Below, one piece after another: positions 37,860 to 51,285 of a stretch of 64,000 nt of DNA. Within the stretch, counting starts at the first letter, position 1. The number at the start of each line of letters is the position of its first letter. A program made the translations under genes and the position numbers. The stretch lies in assembly GCF_963506605.1 (NCBI RefSeq), contig NC_083292.1, forward strand, positions 35,774,001 through 35,838,000, written 5' to 3'. The notes under the pieces were generated by a model, which did not search any database, was not told where the DNA came from, and saw nothing but the letters and a program-made list of their open reading frames with translations. Source of the stretch: Zootoca vivipara (Eukaryota).

Positions 37860-39600
37860 CTCTTTTGTCTGTGTCCCTAGATGGCCCTACAGCTAGCTGG
37901 GATACACCCCCTTCACCCCGAAGCTTTAATTAGCAAACTGTTTCTGAAATGTCTCATGCCCCCTAATTACTTTAATAAGAAAGAAAAATGATGCAAAATC
38001 GTTAGCATTTCCTCAACTCCCCACGATGCGCCTTGCCCTTTCTGACACTTTTGATCTTTGCATTTTCATTCCTCTGCTAAACAAATTTAATGAAAAATAA
38101 AATTGCTTGTATGTTCCATGCTTTCAGGCAGCTCAGCAGATACCCTGTCCCTATTCAATCCCTCTAAAGTAGCTGAAGTAGCTGGCTATTTTCTCAGCAG
38201 CTTATGTTACTGTCATACATAGGATTTCAGTTGAACATTCCATGCACAAAACAAAACTCTTGTTTTCTTTGCCTAGGGTTTGCCGATCAGAAGGTCGGCG
38301 GTTCGAATTCCTGCGACGGGGTGAGCTCCCGTTGCTTGGTCCCTGCTCCTGCCAACCTAGCAGTTCGAAAGCACGTCAAAGTGCAAGTAGATAAATAGGT
38401 ACCGCTCCGACGGGAAGGTAAACGGCATTTCCGTGCGCTGCTATGGTTCGCCAGAAGCAGCTTTGTCATGCTGGCCACATGACCTGGAAGCTGTCTGCGG
38501 ACAAACGCCGGCTCCCTCGGCCTGTAGAGTGAGATAAGCGCCGCAACCCCAAAGTTGTCCGTGACTGGGGACTTCCGCTTGATCGCGGAGCTGGTCGGAC
38601 GGGAGTTTCCCAGCTGTGGGAACCTCCGGCACTCTGGGGGCAAGGAAACCGCGGCAACGGCGATGCGGGTTTCCATACAAGCCTCATATCGAGCGTTATG
38701 AGGACAGGATTCGGCAGGTGTCTGGACGTCTCCCTTACTCCCCGGTAGACCCTAGTAAGGGTCGCTGAGAGCGGGTGAGGTTGAAGACTAGGGCGCCATC
38801 GAAGCACTTTCGCTATCCCCGGAGCGCGCAGCCGCAAGTCCGACAGATCTTCAAGCGATCAAGTTCTCCAACCAAAACAAGGCTAAATGGACTAATTTGT
38901 ACTCCGTGAGTAAATTCAATTAAAGCCTGGATAATTTGGACAATTATTTGATTTGCGGGGGGGAGTTAAAATGGAGGTCGCTCCCCCTTCTTGCCGCGTT
39001 TATAACGGAAGCAAGTAAGAATTGCTGCAATAATTAAGCTTCTTGGACTTTTTAAAAGCAAAATCCCACCCTCGGGTCCCCCTCCCGCGATAGGGCAGTG
39101 GGGGGGGGGAAGATAGAGACTAATTTTGCCCTGTAAAGTCAGTGAAAGAGAAGCCGCATCCCACCCTGGGAGGGAGAGACCGGATCAGATCGTCAAATGC
39201 TTCGAACAACGTAAGGGAATGAAGTAATATACAGTATTGGACAGTGTTTCTAACGGGAGACAAAGTGACTTTGCAACAGCCTGGGCTCCTGAGAAAAGAT
39301 ATTTTAGACTCTTAAGCATAAAGACAATTGGCAACGCTTCTGATTTCTTGTGGTTTGTAGCCTGTGGACTATATTTGAAATTGTTTTTTGGCAGCATGAA
39401 AGTTTCCATTACTGGGGATTGGTGGAACTGATGTGTTTCGCAGCTGCAGCCGGCTGAGACAGTGAGAAAGCGGTGACCTTGAAATTCCAAGCTTGCAAGT
39501 AAGCAAGCAAAACGGCTCTTTAACTGTGGGAAGCCGCTATACAGGAGAGAAAGCCTGATTAACTCTTTAGTGACTGTATAGCTTTACGCTGCAGGCTGGT

Positions 39601-40521
39601 ATGGCAGGCGAGGGGCCGGGTCCAGGTTCAGGAGCTAGACCAAGGAGGAAAGCATCGGTTTCGCCAACCTTTGAAGATGAGGTGCTTAAATTGCTAGGTT
39701 CCCTTAAGGAGGGGCAGGATAAATTACAAGAGACACAAGATAAACATACAGAGGAATTCAAGGATTTAAAAGAGAAGATTGGCACTTTGAAACAAGATGT
39801 TCAACAGGTGAAGACGGAAGTGGCAGGAGTGGAAACCAGAGTGGCACATTTGGAAAACATAAGAGTGCAAGACTTGGAAAGCCAGCAATATCAAACGCAG
39901 GTGCAAATTGCGTTTTTACAGTTAAGGCAGAGACAGATGAACTTGAGGATAAGGAATTTTCCGGAGATAGAAAAAGAGGACTTAAAAGCTGCTTTAATCC
40001 AGGAATTCATGACGACTTGGAATTTAACAAGAGAGGAAGTAGAACCAACAATTGTAAAGGCATACAGATTTGGAGCAAAATCAAAGAAGAAAGATTCCCA
40101 ATTTATTAGTGATTGTATGGTGGTTTTTCAGACAAAGGAGCAGAGAGATAAAATTTTGGGTCTACACTACCAGAGAAAGTTAAAGGTGCAAGGAAAACAG
40201 GTTATTTTTTTCAAGGATATTCCGAAATTCTTCCTGTCGCTCAGGGAGAGATACACTGATTTAACGAACCTTTTGACAAAGAAAGGCATTCTCTTTCGCT
40301 GGGAATTTCCGGAGGGAATTTTCTTTAAATTTCAACAGAAGAAAGTGTGGATTAAATCAGTGGAAGATAAGTTAAGATTTCTAGAGCAACACGCAATAGA
40401 CTTTGAGAGAGAAAAAGAATCAGATACAGACCCACAGGTGAAATCACCACCTTTGTTTGATCCGAATCTGCTGGTAGGAGCGGGACCAGGAGCAGCACCA
40501 TTTTCATTATTTTCAAATTAA
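39601..40521 (+). CDS. L1 ORF1p (306 aa)
   Basis: Heptad coiled coil, then NLRIRNFPE RRM-like start and C-terminal IFFKD motif; 6 nt upstream of ORF2. Confidence 0.88.
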   Translation: MAGEGPGPGSGARPRRKASVSPTFEDEVLKLLGSLKEGQDKLQETQDKHTEEFKDLKEKIGTLKQDVQQVKTEVAGVETRVAHLENIRVQDLESQQYQTQVQIAFLQLRQRQMNLRIRNFPEIEKEDLKAALIQEFMTTWNLTREEVEPTIVKAYRFGAKSKKKDSQFISDCMVVFQTKEQRDKILGLHYQRKLKVQGKQVIFFKDIPKFFLSLRERYTDLTNLLTKKGILFRWEFPEGIFFKFQQKKVWIKSVEDKLRFLEQHAIDFEREKESDTDPQVKSPPLFDPNLLVGAGPGAAPFSLFSN

Positions 40522-40527
40522 GCAGTC

Positions 40528-43500
40528 ATGATGGCGTTGAGAATACTTACATGGAATGTTCACGGTTTTAACTCTAAGGTGAAAAGAAATCAAATCTGCC
40601 ACGTGTTAAGAAAACAAAATTTGGATGTGATATGTCTGCAGGAAACACATGTGACAAGATCTCACAGAAAAATTCTGCAAAATAAAAATTTGGGAAATGA
40701 TTTTATATCATCGGACAGAGTTAAGAAAAGAGGAGTAGTGATTTATGTCAAGGATAAATTGGAAGCCAAGTTGTTATTTAAAGATGATGAAGGAAGATAT
40801 GTTGCAGTGGAAATAAAAGCGCAAGGCGAAAAATTTTTGGTTATTGGAATTTATGCCCCAAATGATGCTAAATCTGATTTCTTCCAAAAGTTGCATGAAA
40901 GACTGCTGGATTATTTGGATTACAAAATAATTCTGATGGGAGATTTTAATGGAGTTGTATCGACGTTGATGGATAGGTCACAAAGACAAAGAATAACAAA
41001 TGAAGGCAGACTCCCTAAGACTTTTTTTGAGTTGGTAGAAAATTTTGACATGATAGATACATGGAGGTTGAAAAATCCATTAGAAAAAGAGTTTACGTTT
41101 TTCTCAGATGTGCATCAAACAGGTTCCAGATTGGACTATATTTGGACTACAAGAGATTTATCTCCCAAAATAATAAAGGCGGAAATTTGCCCAAAGACTT
41201 TCTCTGATCATAATGCAGTTTTAATGGAACTGAAATTATTTCTGCAGGGTTCGTTTAGATGGAGAATGAATGATGCCCTATTAAGGAATGAACAGATAGT
41301 GCAAAAAGCTCAGAAAACCCTTAAAGACTATTTTGAATTAAATTCAAATAATGAAACGGACACAAGGGTTATATGGGATGCCAGCAAGGCGGTGATGAGA
41401 GGTTTTTTAATTCAACAAAATACATTAAAAAGGAAAACCCAAGAGGCAAAGAAAGAGGGTATATTAAATAGATTAAAAGAAGAAGAGAAGAGATTAAGAG
41501 CGAAGCCAAAAGATCAACAGATACAAAAAGAAATAAAGGCATTACAGACACAGTATTCTCAATTAATAAATTTGGAAATTGAGTGGAAGGTAAAGATGAT
41601 GAGGCAAAGAACCTTTGAATCAGCAAATAAGTGTGGAAAATTGTTGGCATGGCAAATGAAAAAGAGATTAAAGCAAAGCACAATAAGTAAGATAATACAG
41701 GAGGATAAGATAATAGAGAAACCTGCAGAAATTAGGAAATGTTTTCAGAAATATTATAAAGAATTATATAAGAAGGATAAAGAAGATTTGGGAGAATTGG
41801 ATCAATTTGTGACCAAATATGGATTACAAAAAATCTCATATCAAAATAAAATTATACTTAACAGCAGGATAACAAGGAAGGAAATCGAAACAGCAATTAA
41901 TCAAATGCAATTGGGCAAAGCACCAGGACCAGACGGATTGACTGCAAAATATTATAAGACATTAAAGGACTGGCTAATACAGCCTTTGATGGAAGTTTGC
42001 AACAAAATATTGGAAGGGGATCGGGCACCAGAGTCGTGGAAAGACGCCTTCATCACATTGTTGCCAAAGGAAGGGGCGGACAGGACTCAAGTTAAGAATT
42101 ACCGTCCCATTTCCTTATTGAATGTGGATTACAAAATTTTTGCGAATATTATGGCATCGAGATTGAAAAGAATCCTTAAGGACTTGATACACCATGATCA
42201 AGCAGGTTTCTTACCAACAAGGCATATGAAGGATAATATACGGAACATTGTAGATATATTAGAGTTTCTGCAGTCCAAAAAGAATACACATGCGACCTTG
42301 ATGTTTATAGATGCAGAGAAGGCCTTCGATAATATTTCATGGGATTTTATGAAGAAAAATATGGAAGGTATGGGCGTGGGTTCAGGCTTTATGAATGGTC
42401 TGAATGCATTATATTATGAGCAAAAAGCGAAAATTATAGTCAACAATGTGGTGGCGGATGAAATCAGGATTGAAAAAGGAACTAGACAAGGGTGCCCGCT
42501 CTCCCCACTGTTATTTATAACGGTCCTGGAGGTTTTGCTGAATATGATTAGAAGGGAAGAAGAGATTAGAGGAGTAGTGGTGGGGTCAAAGCAATACAAA
42601 CTAAAAGCCTTTGCGGATGATTTAGTGCTTACTTTAGAGGACCCAGAAACCAGCGTAGTTAAAGCGCTGGAAATAATTCAGGAGTTTGGACATGTTGCGG
42701 GGTTTAAACTGAACAAGACTAAAATGAAGGTTTTAGAAAAAAATTTGACGTTAGAGGAAAGAAATAAGATACAAGAGGCCACAGGCTTGAACTTTGTAAA
42801 AAAGGTGAAGTACCTGGGTGTAAACATGACAGCAAAGAACTTGACTTTGTATAAAGACAATTATGAGAAGATATGGAATGAGATAAAAAGGGATCTTGAA
42901 ACATGGTCTAGATTAAAATTGTCATTGCTAGGTAGAATTTCAGTTATTAAGATGAATGTATTGCCAAGGATGTTGTTTTTATTCCAAGTCTTACCTATAA
43001 TTGATAATGTGAAATGCTTCAAGGAATGGCAAAAGATGTTATCGAAATTTATCTGGCAGGGGAAAAAACCCAGAATTAAGTTTAAGATTTTAACAGATAC
43101 TAAAGAAAGGGGGGGCTTCTCCTTGCCAGACTTGAAATTATATTTTGAAGCCGCGGCTTTATGTTGGATGAAGGAATGGTTTTTGCTAGAAAATACGGAT
43201 GTATTAGACCTGGAAGGCTTTGATAATGTGTATGGATGGCATGCATATTTATGGTATGACAAAGCAAAGGTTTATAAAGGTTTCAAGACCCATATAATCA
43301 GGAAAGCATTGTTAAATGTTTGGTTGAGATATAAGGATCTATTAGAGAGTAAAACACCCAGGTGGCTTTCACCACTGGAGGCCAAAGCCTTTAAAAGGCG
43401 TAATATGGAAGCCAGATGGCCAAAATATAAGGATATTTTAGTACAGGAAGGTGATCAATATAAACTTAAACCATATGACCAGTTGAAAGATATATTATCT

Positions 43501-44266
43501 GATTGGTTACAGTACCATCAAATCAATGAAGTGTTTAAAATGGACCAAAAAGTAGGTTTTCAAAAAGAAGAATCCAAGTTGGAAACATTGTTGTTAAATT
43601 CGAAATCTAAAAATTTATCTAAGATGTATAATTTATTGCTGGAGTGGCAAACGAAGGATGAACAAACAAAGTCAGTAATGATAGAGTGGGCCAAAGATGT
43701 TGGGCATAATATAATGATACAGGATTGGGAAAAAATGTGGAAAAAATCTATAAAATTTACAGCATGTAATGCTTTGAAAGAAAATATGTTGAAGATGATG
43801 TACAGATGGTATCTGACCCCAGTTAAGTTAGCAAAGATGTACCACACACATGATAATAAGTGTTGGAAATGTAAAGTAAGTGAAGGGACGTTTTATCATA
43901 TGTGGTGGACTTGCCCCAAGGTAAAAGACTTCTGGGATAAGATTTATAACGAATTAAAGAAAATGTTCAAAAATACGTTTATTAAGAAACCAGAGGCCTT
44001 TTTGTTGGGGATTTTGGGGGGGGGAGATACCAAAGAAAGAGGTTACTGTTTTTTTGTATGCCACAACAGCAGCAAGAATGTTGATCGCACAGAAGTGGAA
44101 GATGCAGGAGCTACCTTCAGTGGAAGAATGGCAAATGAAAATGTTGGACTATATGGAATTGGCTGATCTGACCGGAAGACTCCGTGACCGGGGGGAGAAA
44201 GCGACAGAAGAAGAATGGACTAGTTTTAAGACTTATTTGAAGAAATATAGTATTGTAATTGATTAA
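40528..44266 (+). CDS. L1 ORF2p (APE endonuclease, RT, CCHC); one +1 frameshift in G9 run 44016-44024
   Basis: WNVHG, LQETH, GDFN, RLDY, SDH; KAPGPDG, YRPISLLN, DAEKAFD, GTRQGCPLSP, FADD, KYLG; CWKC..HMWWTC; C-terminus continues in ORF 44054-44266. Confidence 0.92.
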
Positions 44267-44697
44267 GAATAGGGATTTTGAATGTTATTAGAAATTGTAG
44301 TGTAATATGAAAGTAAAGTGAAGAAAGATAGAGGATGAATATAATTATAGAACATTATAAAAGAGGAGTGAGATATAGTAATTTTAGAAATGGGTAATGA
44401 GCTAGAATTGCTATTTGTGATTAATAGTGAATCGCAGCGAGTAGGGAGCAGAGGAAGTCGATGTAAGAAGATTAGGATAAAGATTCAGAATTGTGATTTT
44501 TTCTTTTTTTTTTCTTTTTTTTTCTTTTATTGTTTTGTTTTTGTGTGTATATGTAGTTTTCTTTGTATAGGTTTTTTTTTTTTTATTACTGTATTACTTT
44601 TTTGTGTATGTTTAAAATGAATAAAAATTTTTTGAAAAAAAAACAAAAACAAAGTTGTCCGTGACTGGACTTAACAGTCAGGGGTCCCTTTACCTTT

Positions 44698-45159
44698 GTT
44701 GTTGTTGTTTAGTCGTTTAGCCGTGTCCGACTCTTCGTGACCCCATGGACCATAGCACGCCAGGCACTCCTGTCTTCCACTGCCTCCTGCAGTTTGGTCA
44801 AACTCATGTTCGTAGCTTCGAGAACACTGTCCAACCATCTCGTCCTCTGTCGTCCCCTTCTCCTAGTGCCCTCCATCTTTCCCAACATCAGGGTCTTTTC
44901 CAGGGAGTCTTCTCTTCTCATGAGGTGGCCATAGTATTGGAGCCTCAGCTTCAGGATCTGTCCTTCCAGTGAGCACTCAGGGCTGATTTCCTTCAGAATG
45001 GATAGGTTTGATCTTCTTGCAGTCTATGGGACTCTCAAGAGTCTCCTCCATCACCACAATTCAAAAGCATCAATTCTTCGGCGATCAGCCTTCTTTATGG
45101 TCCAGCTCTCACTTCCATACATCACTACTGTGAAAACCATAGTTTTAACTATACGGACC
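44698..45159 (-). mobile_element. RTE-BovB 3' fragment
   Basis: SLEKTLMLGKMEGTRRRGRQRTRWLD..WRAMVHGVTKSRTRLND; (CAA)n tail. Confidence 0.88.
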
Positions 45160-46716
45160 AATTGTCCCAACCAATTAGAGATCACATATCAAATGCACTT
45201 ACATTACTAGACGCCTGTGATTTTGTGAATTTCTAAACTGCCTGTTAGCTGTAATGTCAAAGCAGTTAACACAATGTAATAGTAAGAAAAGCCCTCAATG
45301 GCCATCTGTTTCCATATTCAACTTTGAGACCACCCTATCCTCTGACTCATCGATATGCGAGAGCAAATGGACACATAAATGAGATGGTGCCTTCAGTAAA
45401 GATCTTTAGGTATCCATCTACCTCCCTTCTTAGATTTTTTCAGAAATACTACCATAGTTATTTCCAGCTAAAGTCATACTGATAGTAGACCTGTTGAAAG
45501 CAATCAGCAAGTCAGTCATCACAATTGATTTTGATGGATGCAACCTGAGAGTGACTATTTTAGGTAAAACCCACCAACCTGTCACCACCACCCAGCTATG
45601 CATGTGAGTGATTTTCTGCCTTTAAATGAATTTGTTTTGAGTTGCAGCCTTTGAAAACACTTCATGGCTTCCCAATATGCAAGTTTTAATTCCTTTCAAC
45701 AGCCACTTTAAAAAAAAGAAGAATGTCACCATTTTTCTTTTGATTTCAAATCTTTACTGATTTTATATTTCTGGCTTGGGCTTGGTTTCTTGAATTGTGT
45801 TTATATGTGTATGTGTGTGGGGGTGGGGCGGTATCTGTGTCTCTTAAACACATACAAACATACACTACTGCTTCTCTTATTTTCAAATAAGCACTGCTCC
45901 TGCTCTGAGGTACACAACTTCAGATTAGCCCTAAACTTTGCTAGGCTGTAGGAAAGATCTCTGACATGCCAGGGTGAGTGCGAGTGGAGAAGATAAGAAT
46001 ATAAAGAGCACTGCAGTTAGCTCAAACAAAAAGAGCTATATCCTCTAGCATCTTGTTTCCTACAGTGGCCAACCAGATGCTTCTTGGTTATCCCAGACCA
46101 TGGGGGGCATAGCTCTTTCCAACACTTTCCCTCCAACTGGCGTTGGCGTTGCTAGCTTTTTGGTAAGGGATCTGGTGGGCAAGTGAAAGAAAGGGGTGCC
46201 AAATTTGATGGGCTTTTTGGCCTTGTTCAGCACGACTTTTCCTGCTTGGCGGGGGGTTGGACTGGATGGCCCTTGTGGTCTCTTCCAACTCTATGATTCT
46301 ATGATTCTATGACTCTTCTGATGTACCTATGGCATTCAAAGACACTGTTTCCCACTGTTACTGGAGATGTCTCAGAATCCTGTATGCATATGCAAAAAGC
46401 TTTGATGATGTCCTACAGACCCCAGTGCTGATGAAAGAGCTTTGATGATCTCTATCTCCTCCCTCTGGGTATTTCTGCTTAAAAACATCAGAGAAACTGG
46501 AGCTATTTGACTCGAGGTCAGCAAAATTAAAAGGAAGGGAGGCACAAAAGAATAGGTGTCATGATTTATGTCACACTGTTACCACAGTTTAATTTTGTGG
46601 CCTCCCTCTTTGTGCTTCGTAAACTGATTTTATTTTTTCACGTGAAAGAACAATTGCCAACAGCGATTAGTTGGAATGAGGCAGCTCCTTAGGCACTGGG
46701 GAGGCTGGCTGAACTG

Positions 46717-46798
46717 TATAAAAGCTCAGACTGCCTTCAGTTCCTCCAACAACTCCATCTGACTCTTCCATCTCTACTTCATCTTCTCAAAGAAGCAG
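46717..46798 (+). promoter_or_regulatory. Gene 6 TATA box and non-coding exon 1 (intron 46799-48004)
   Basis: TATAAAA 46717-46723; donor CAG|GTAAGT at 46799. Confidence 0.8.
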
Positions 46799-47447
46799 GT
46801 AAGTCTGTTTTCTAGGTGGAATATTCCCAGGTTTGTCAAAAGATAGGCTAGATGGATTTCCCAGCTAGAACAGGGATAGCTATCCTGTGGTCCTTGAGAT
46901 GTTGCTCACATCATCCCTGACCATTGGCAATGATGTCTGAGGTGACTTGGGATATTGAACAACTGGAGGGCCACAGGTTCCCCAACCCTATGCTACCCTC
47001 TGTAAGTATATTTAATATGTGATCCCTGGCTGGTTGGGACACATGTCTAGGGGAAAAGAGGTCTTGCACACATTGTTGAGCCATAAGTACCATCATCCTT
47101 GACCATTTCATGTGCTGGCTGAGGCGGAGGGAATTGGAGGCTGGCTCTGCCACCTTACATTTAGGAAGCCTGAGGTGGGAAATTCATATTAATGAACTCT
47201 AAATTTGTTAGGGAGAATTGTGATATTTGGAAGGCACCATCAGCTTTCCATTCTCTCCCTGAGTGTAATTTAAACACAGTCAGGGATAAATAGACAGGTG
47301 CTTGCATGCACACAGGCAAACCTCTCTATTTTATGGCTCAAAATATCTGCATTTTACTGAAAAGTAAGCCCTGTTGTGTTCGCAGATGCTTAATCCCAGG
47401 TAAATAGATAAAGTGATTACAGCTTTTCTCCCTCTCTCCCTCTCTCC

Positions 47448-47510
<63 letters not shown>
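47448..47510. repeat. (TTTC)n microsatellite in gene 6 intron
   Basis: Direct reading. Confidence 0.9.
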
Positions 47511-48022
47511 TTCTCATTCCTACCCTGCTAGAAAATGGTTTATTGTGTTCCAGCCTGTTAAAAATTGTTTTTGATAGTATTGTAGACATAGCATGCTTTT
47601 TTAAAAAAAAATAAAAAAAATTCAGAACACCATCACTGAATCATCCTGCTAAGGTATAGGAGCATTTTCTTGTTTTTCTACAGCGTCTACCACAGGGGTG
47701 TTGTTCTCACTCTGTAGTTATAGCAAGGTTCCTATAGTCTCATAACCCTTCTATGTTGTCCATGCTGGCTGGGTCTGATGGGAGTTGAAGTCTGCAACAT
47801 CAGAAAAGACTACACACTGACTAGCCCCTCATGTATCCGAGCTTTTATAATTATTTGGTCCTCTTTGGTTTTCATGCTCCATATTCAACTCATTTCTTCA
47901 ACTGTATACTTTAGATTCTTCTTCTGCCATGGTTGACTGTGGTCCATCCCCATTGAAGTGATGTATCCCACACTTATTTTCTCCCTTGGTGTTTTTGCTT
48001 TCAGACTCACCTCCATCCAGCA

Positions 48023-48532
48023 ATGGTTGACTGTGGTCCATCCTGTGCTGTCCCATCCTGGGCCTCCACCCCCACTGTTGGGTTTGGATCAGCAGGAGGT
48101 CTTGGCTATGGTGGTCTCGGCTCTGGATTGGGAGGTCTCGGCTATGGATGGGGAGGTCAGGGCTTCGGATTTGGAGGCCTGGGCTATGGATATGGAGGTG
48201 CTGAAAGAGCAGCCAACCTCGGAGTCCTGGCAGGAGTTGCCCCATCATGCGTCAACCAGATCCCACCAGCAGAGGTCGTGATCCAGCCACCTGCCTCCGT
48301 TGTGACCATCCCAGGGCCCATCCTCTCTGCCAGCTGTGAGCCTGTGGCTGTTGGAGGCAACACCCCATGTGCTGTTGGTGGTTCCGGGATCGTAGGGGGT
48401 TATGGCTATGGAGGGTGGGGCCATGGGTCTGGCCTCCTTGGAAGCTCTGGGGGCTGGGGCTATGGTTTGGGCTACGGGAAGGGGGCACTCCTTGGCAGGA
48501 GGTTTGGGCGTCGTGGTAGCATCTGTTCATAA
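48023..48532 (+). CDS. Corneous beta-protein gene 6 (169 aa)
   Basis: Core box intact; acceptor AG 48003-48004; AGTAAA 48748-48753 at the position of the polyA signal in paralogs. Confidence 0.95.
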   Translation: MVDCGPSCAVPSWASTPTVGFGSAGGLGYGGLGSGLGGLGYGWGGQGFGFGGLGYGYGGAERAANLGVLAGVAPSCVNQIPPAEVVIQPPASVVTIPGPILSASCEPVAVGGNTPCAVGGSGIVGGYGYGGWGHGSGLLGSSGGWGYGLGYGKGALLGRRFGRRGSICS

Positions 48533-48898
48533 GCCAATTAATCCCAAGAAGAATATCCTGAACTGATATCCACGGAGCTTGATGCAGATCCTTTGACGTT
48601 GCGTCAGAAGAGCTGAATCTAAATAACCATGGCTGAAAAATCACACAAACACCCTTTGTTTTAAAGTATAGAAGAATAAGATCCTTCCACACTGTGTGCC
48701 TTCCTTGCTTCTTGTACAACTTTTTGTGCTATTTCCTTGAACTTTTCAGTAAAGCTTCTTCATTCTTTTCATGTCTCTGTGTGTGTTGGTTTTTGAACCT
48801 CAGGTATGTGAAGCACCCTTTGGCCATTTTAAAACTGGGTGTGTGTGGGAAGCCCTCCACTCTAGCACCCTGAATGCTTTACTTATATGTTGAAATAA

Positions 48899-48940
<42 letters not shown>

Positions 48941-49844
48941 TTATTTTTATTTATACCCCGCCCTCCCCAGTCAAAGCCAGGCTCAGGGCGGCTAATGCCA
49001 ATAAAATTACACTAAGACATAAAAGAAAGAAAACCAATTAATTAAAATACAGATATTAAAATTTAAAATGCAGCCTCATTTTAAACACAGGGGTCAGACT
49101 GAATCCAACCCAAAGGCCAGGCGGAACAGCTCTGTCTTGCAGGAAAGATAACAAATCCTGCAGGGCCCTGGTCTCCTGTGAAAGAGCATTCCACCAAGTC
49201 GGGGCCAGTACTGAAAAGGCCCTGGCCCTAGTCGAGACCAATCTAACCACCTTATGGCTCAGAATCTTCAGAATGTTGTTATTTATGGACCTTAAGGTCC
49301 TCTGCGGGGCATACCAGGAGAGGCGGTCCCGTAGGTACGAGGGTCCTAATTAAGATAATGTCATCTTGATAAAATTCACATTTCCCACTTTTTCAACACG
49401 AGTGCAGTGTCTTCCTTCAGTGTCACGAATGGTTAATTCAGGGAAAGAACTGGGGCTGAATGCCAGTTTGGGTGATTCTTAATGGACCAAGAATGAGCTT
49501 TGATTTTGCCTGTGGGCCAGCTTGATACAAGAAAAAGCCCCTCATTACTCTGTGCTGTCATTTGGGGGAGGTGGGTTGTAATTAGTGCGTCTGATTAGGT
49601 AGCCAGATTGCTCATAACATCCAGACGGGTCCTATGGTTCAGGAAGAGTAATTGGCAATGCAATTCTTTTGGCAATAAATTTTACTGGGATTTTTTATGA
49701 CTGCAATACAAAAGGCTGGCTAGAGTCCAGAAACTTCAGGAGAGCTACAGCTTCCACTCCCCAGACCTAGAAGCATAAATGGGATTTACAAATATTGTCC
49801 TAATGGCTGCAAGACCTGTGGCATGGGGGGAAAAACATTTTTTT

Positions 49845-50760
49845 AAAATAAATAAATAAATAAACTTTATTAGAATTCAAATTAAAATACATTCACAAAC
49901 ACACTAAAGAAACAATAATATAAAAATAATAACATACAAAAATCATATATAAATAATGATAATATAACATAAAAATGATACCATACAACTTCAAATTTAA
50001 ATAATCATAATCATAATATAATGTAAATCATAATAATCATAATAATTATAATCTTAAAGAAAACACAAACAAACAAAAAACAAAAATCATACGTTCAGAC
50101 ATTCATTCATACCCAAAATCAAAATAATCAAAATACATTTCAGCTATATTCCTAATTTTCTTTTTACCATACACCTTTATTTATTCCCCTATATCTCCTC
50201 CTCCCGTATTATCCCGTATTATCTCCCTCTCAGGTTCTTTAATTTGTATACTCTGGTACTGCTTCCCTTCAATCCTATGAGAATATATCCTATGATTCTC
50301 AAATAATATCTAATCTCAAAAAAGAGAAAAAAGTTCACCATTATTCAGCTTTATCAACTTAAATTAAATCAAATCAACTCAATACGAGACATTAGAAATA
50401 AACCCAAGATTTTACCGTGGGGCACGGCCCCTTCATGTTCTCTCCAGTTTTTCCCCAATTCTGATGGAATTTCTTATTAGTATACCCTCTAATTGAATTG
50501 GTCAGGTTATCCAGATCTAAATAGCTATATAGCTTCTCCTGCCATTCCAGAATATGGGGTATTTCTTTCTTCTTCCAATAGGATGCAGCCAGAGTTCTTG
50601 CAGCTGTCACAGCATACAAGAACAATGTCACATCCTGTTTTTTTTAATTGTATTGTCCATTATCCCCAATAGAATAGATTCAGGGTTTTTCTTTATATTA
50701 TATTTGAGTATTTTTTTTATTTCTTCAAATACTTGGTTCCAGAAATTCTTTAGGGGGGGG
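49845..50760 (-). mobile_element. L1 3' fragment with AT-rich 3'UTR
   Basis: TLFLYAVTAAR..WKK..EWQEKL resembles the ORF2 C-terminus of the other L1s here. Confidence 0.7.
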
Positions 50761-51026
50761 GGACATTTAAATGTTGGATCAAGAGAAAGGTCTATTTAGT
50801 TCAGCACTCTGTTCTCACAGTGGCTAACCTTTTGCCTATGGGATGCCTGCAAACAAGACATGAGCCTAATGCCCAGCAACAGGAATTCAGAGTCATGCCA
50901 CCTCTGGTATGAAATGTAATATCTAGCCATTGTAGGTTGTAGCCACTGGTAGCCTTGTCCTCCATAAATCCATCTAATTCCCCTTTAAAGAAAACAAAAT
51001 CTGGAGAGTGTAGTCCCTGACCAAAC

Positions 51027-51116
51027 CATAGCTGCCAAGTTTTCCCTTTTCTCGCGAGGAAGCCTATTCAGCATAATGGAATTTCCCTTAAAAAAAGGGA
51101 TAACTTGGCAGCTTTG
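51027..51116. mobile_element. 90-bp hAT MITE (same family as 13051-13140, opposite orientation)
   Basis: TIR catagctgccaagtt; 8-bp TSD gaccaaac. Confidence 0.9.
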
Positions 51117-51285
51117 GACCAAACACTAAATATAATTGAATGAAGTAACAGTTCAAATGCACATATTATTATATCTACACATGTATGAAAGAATTTTAAA
51201 TTATTTCAAAACAGAATCTCTGGCTGATAGGCAATATGATATGCAATAATAGGTAAATCATCCTACATGAGTTTACGTTTCCATA

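Larger units (their letters stand above)
38567..44650 (+). mobile_element. Full-length L1 retrotransposon (about 6.1 kb)
   Basis: TSD aaagttgtccgtgact (38551-38566, 44651-44666); CpG-rich 5'UTR; ORF1; ORF2; AATAAA 44620-44625; A-rich tail. Confidence 0.95.
38271..44697 (+). mobile_element. Sauria SINE split by the full-length L1 (SINE parts 38271-38566 and 44667-44697)
   Basis: SINE body continues exactly across the TSD to its tail ggggtccctttaccttt. Confidence 0.85.
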
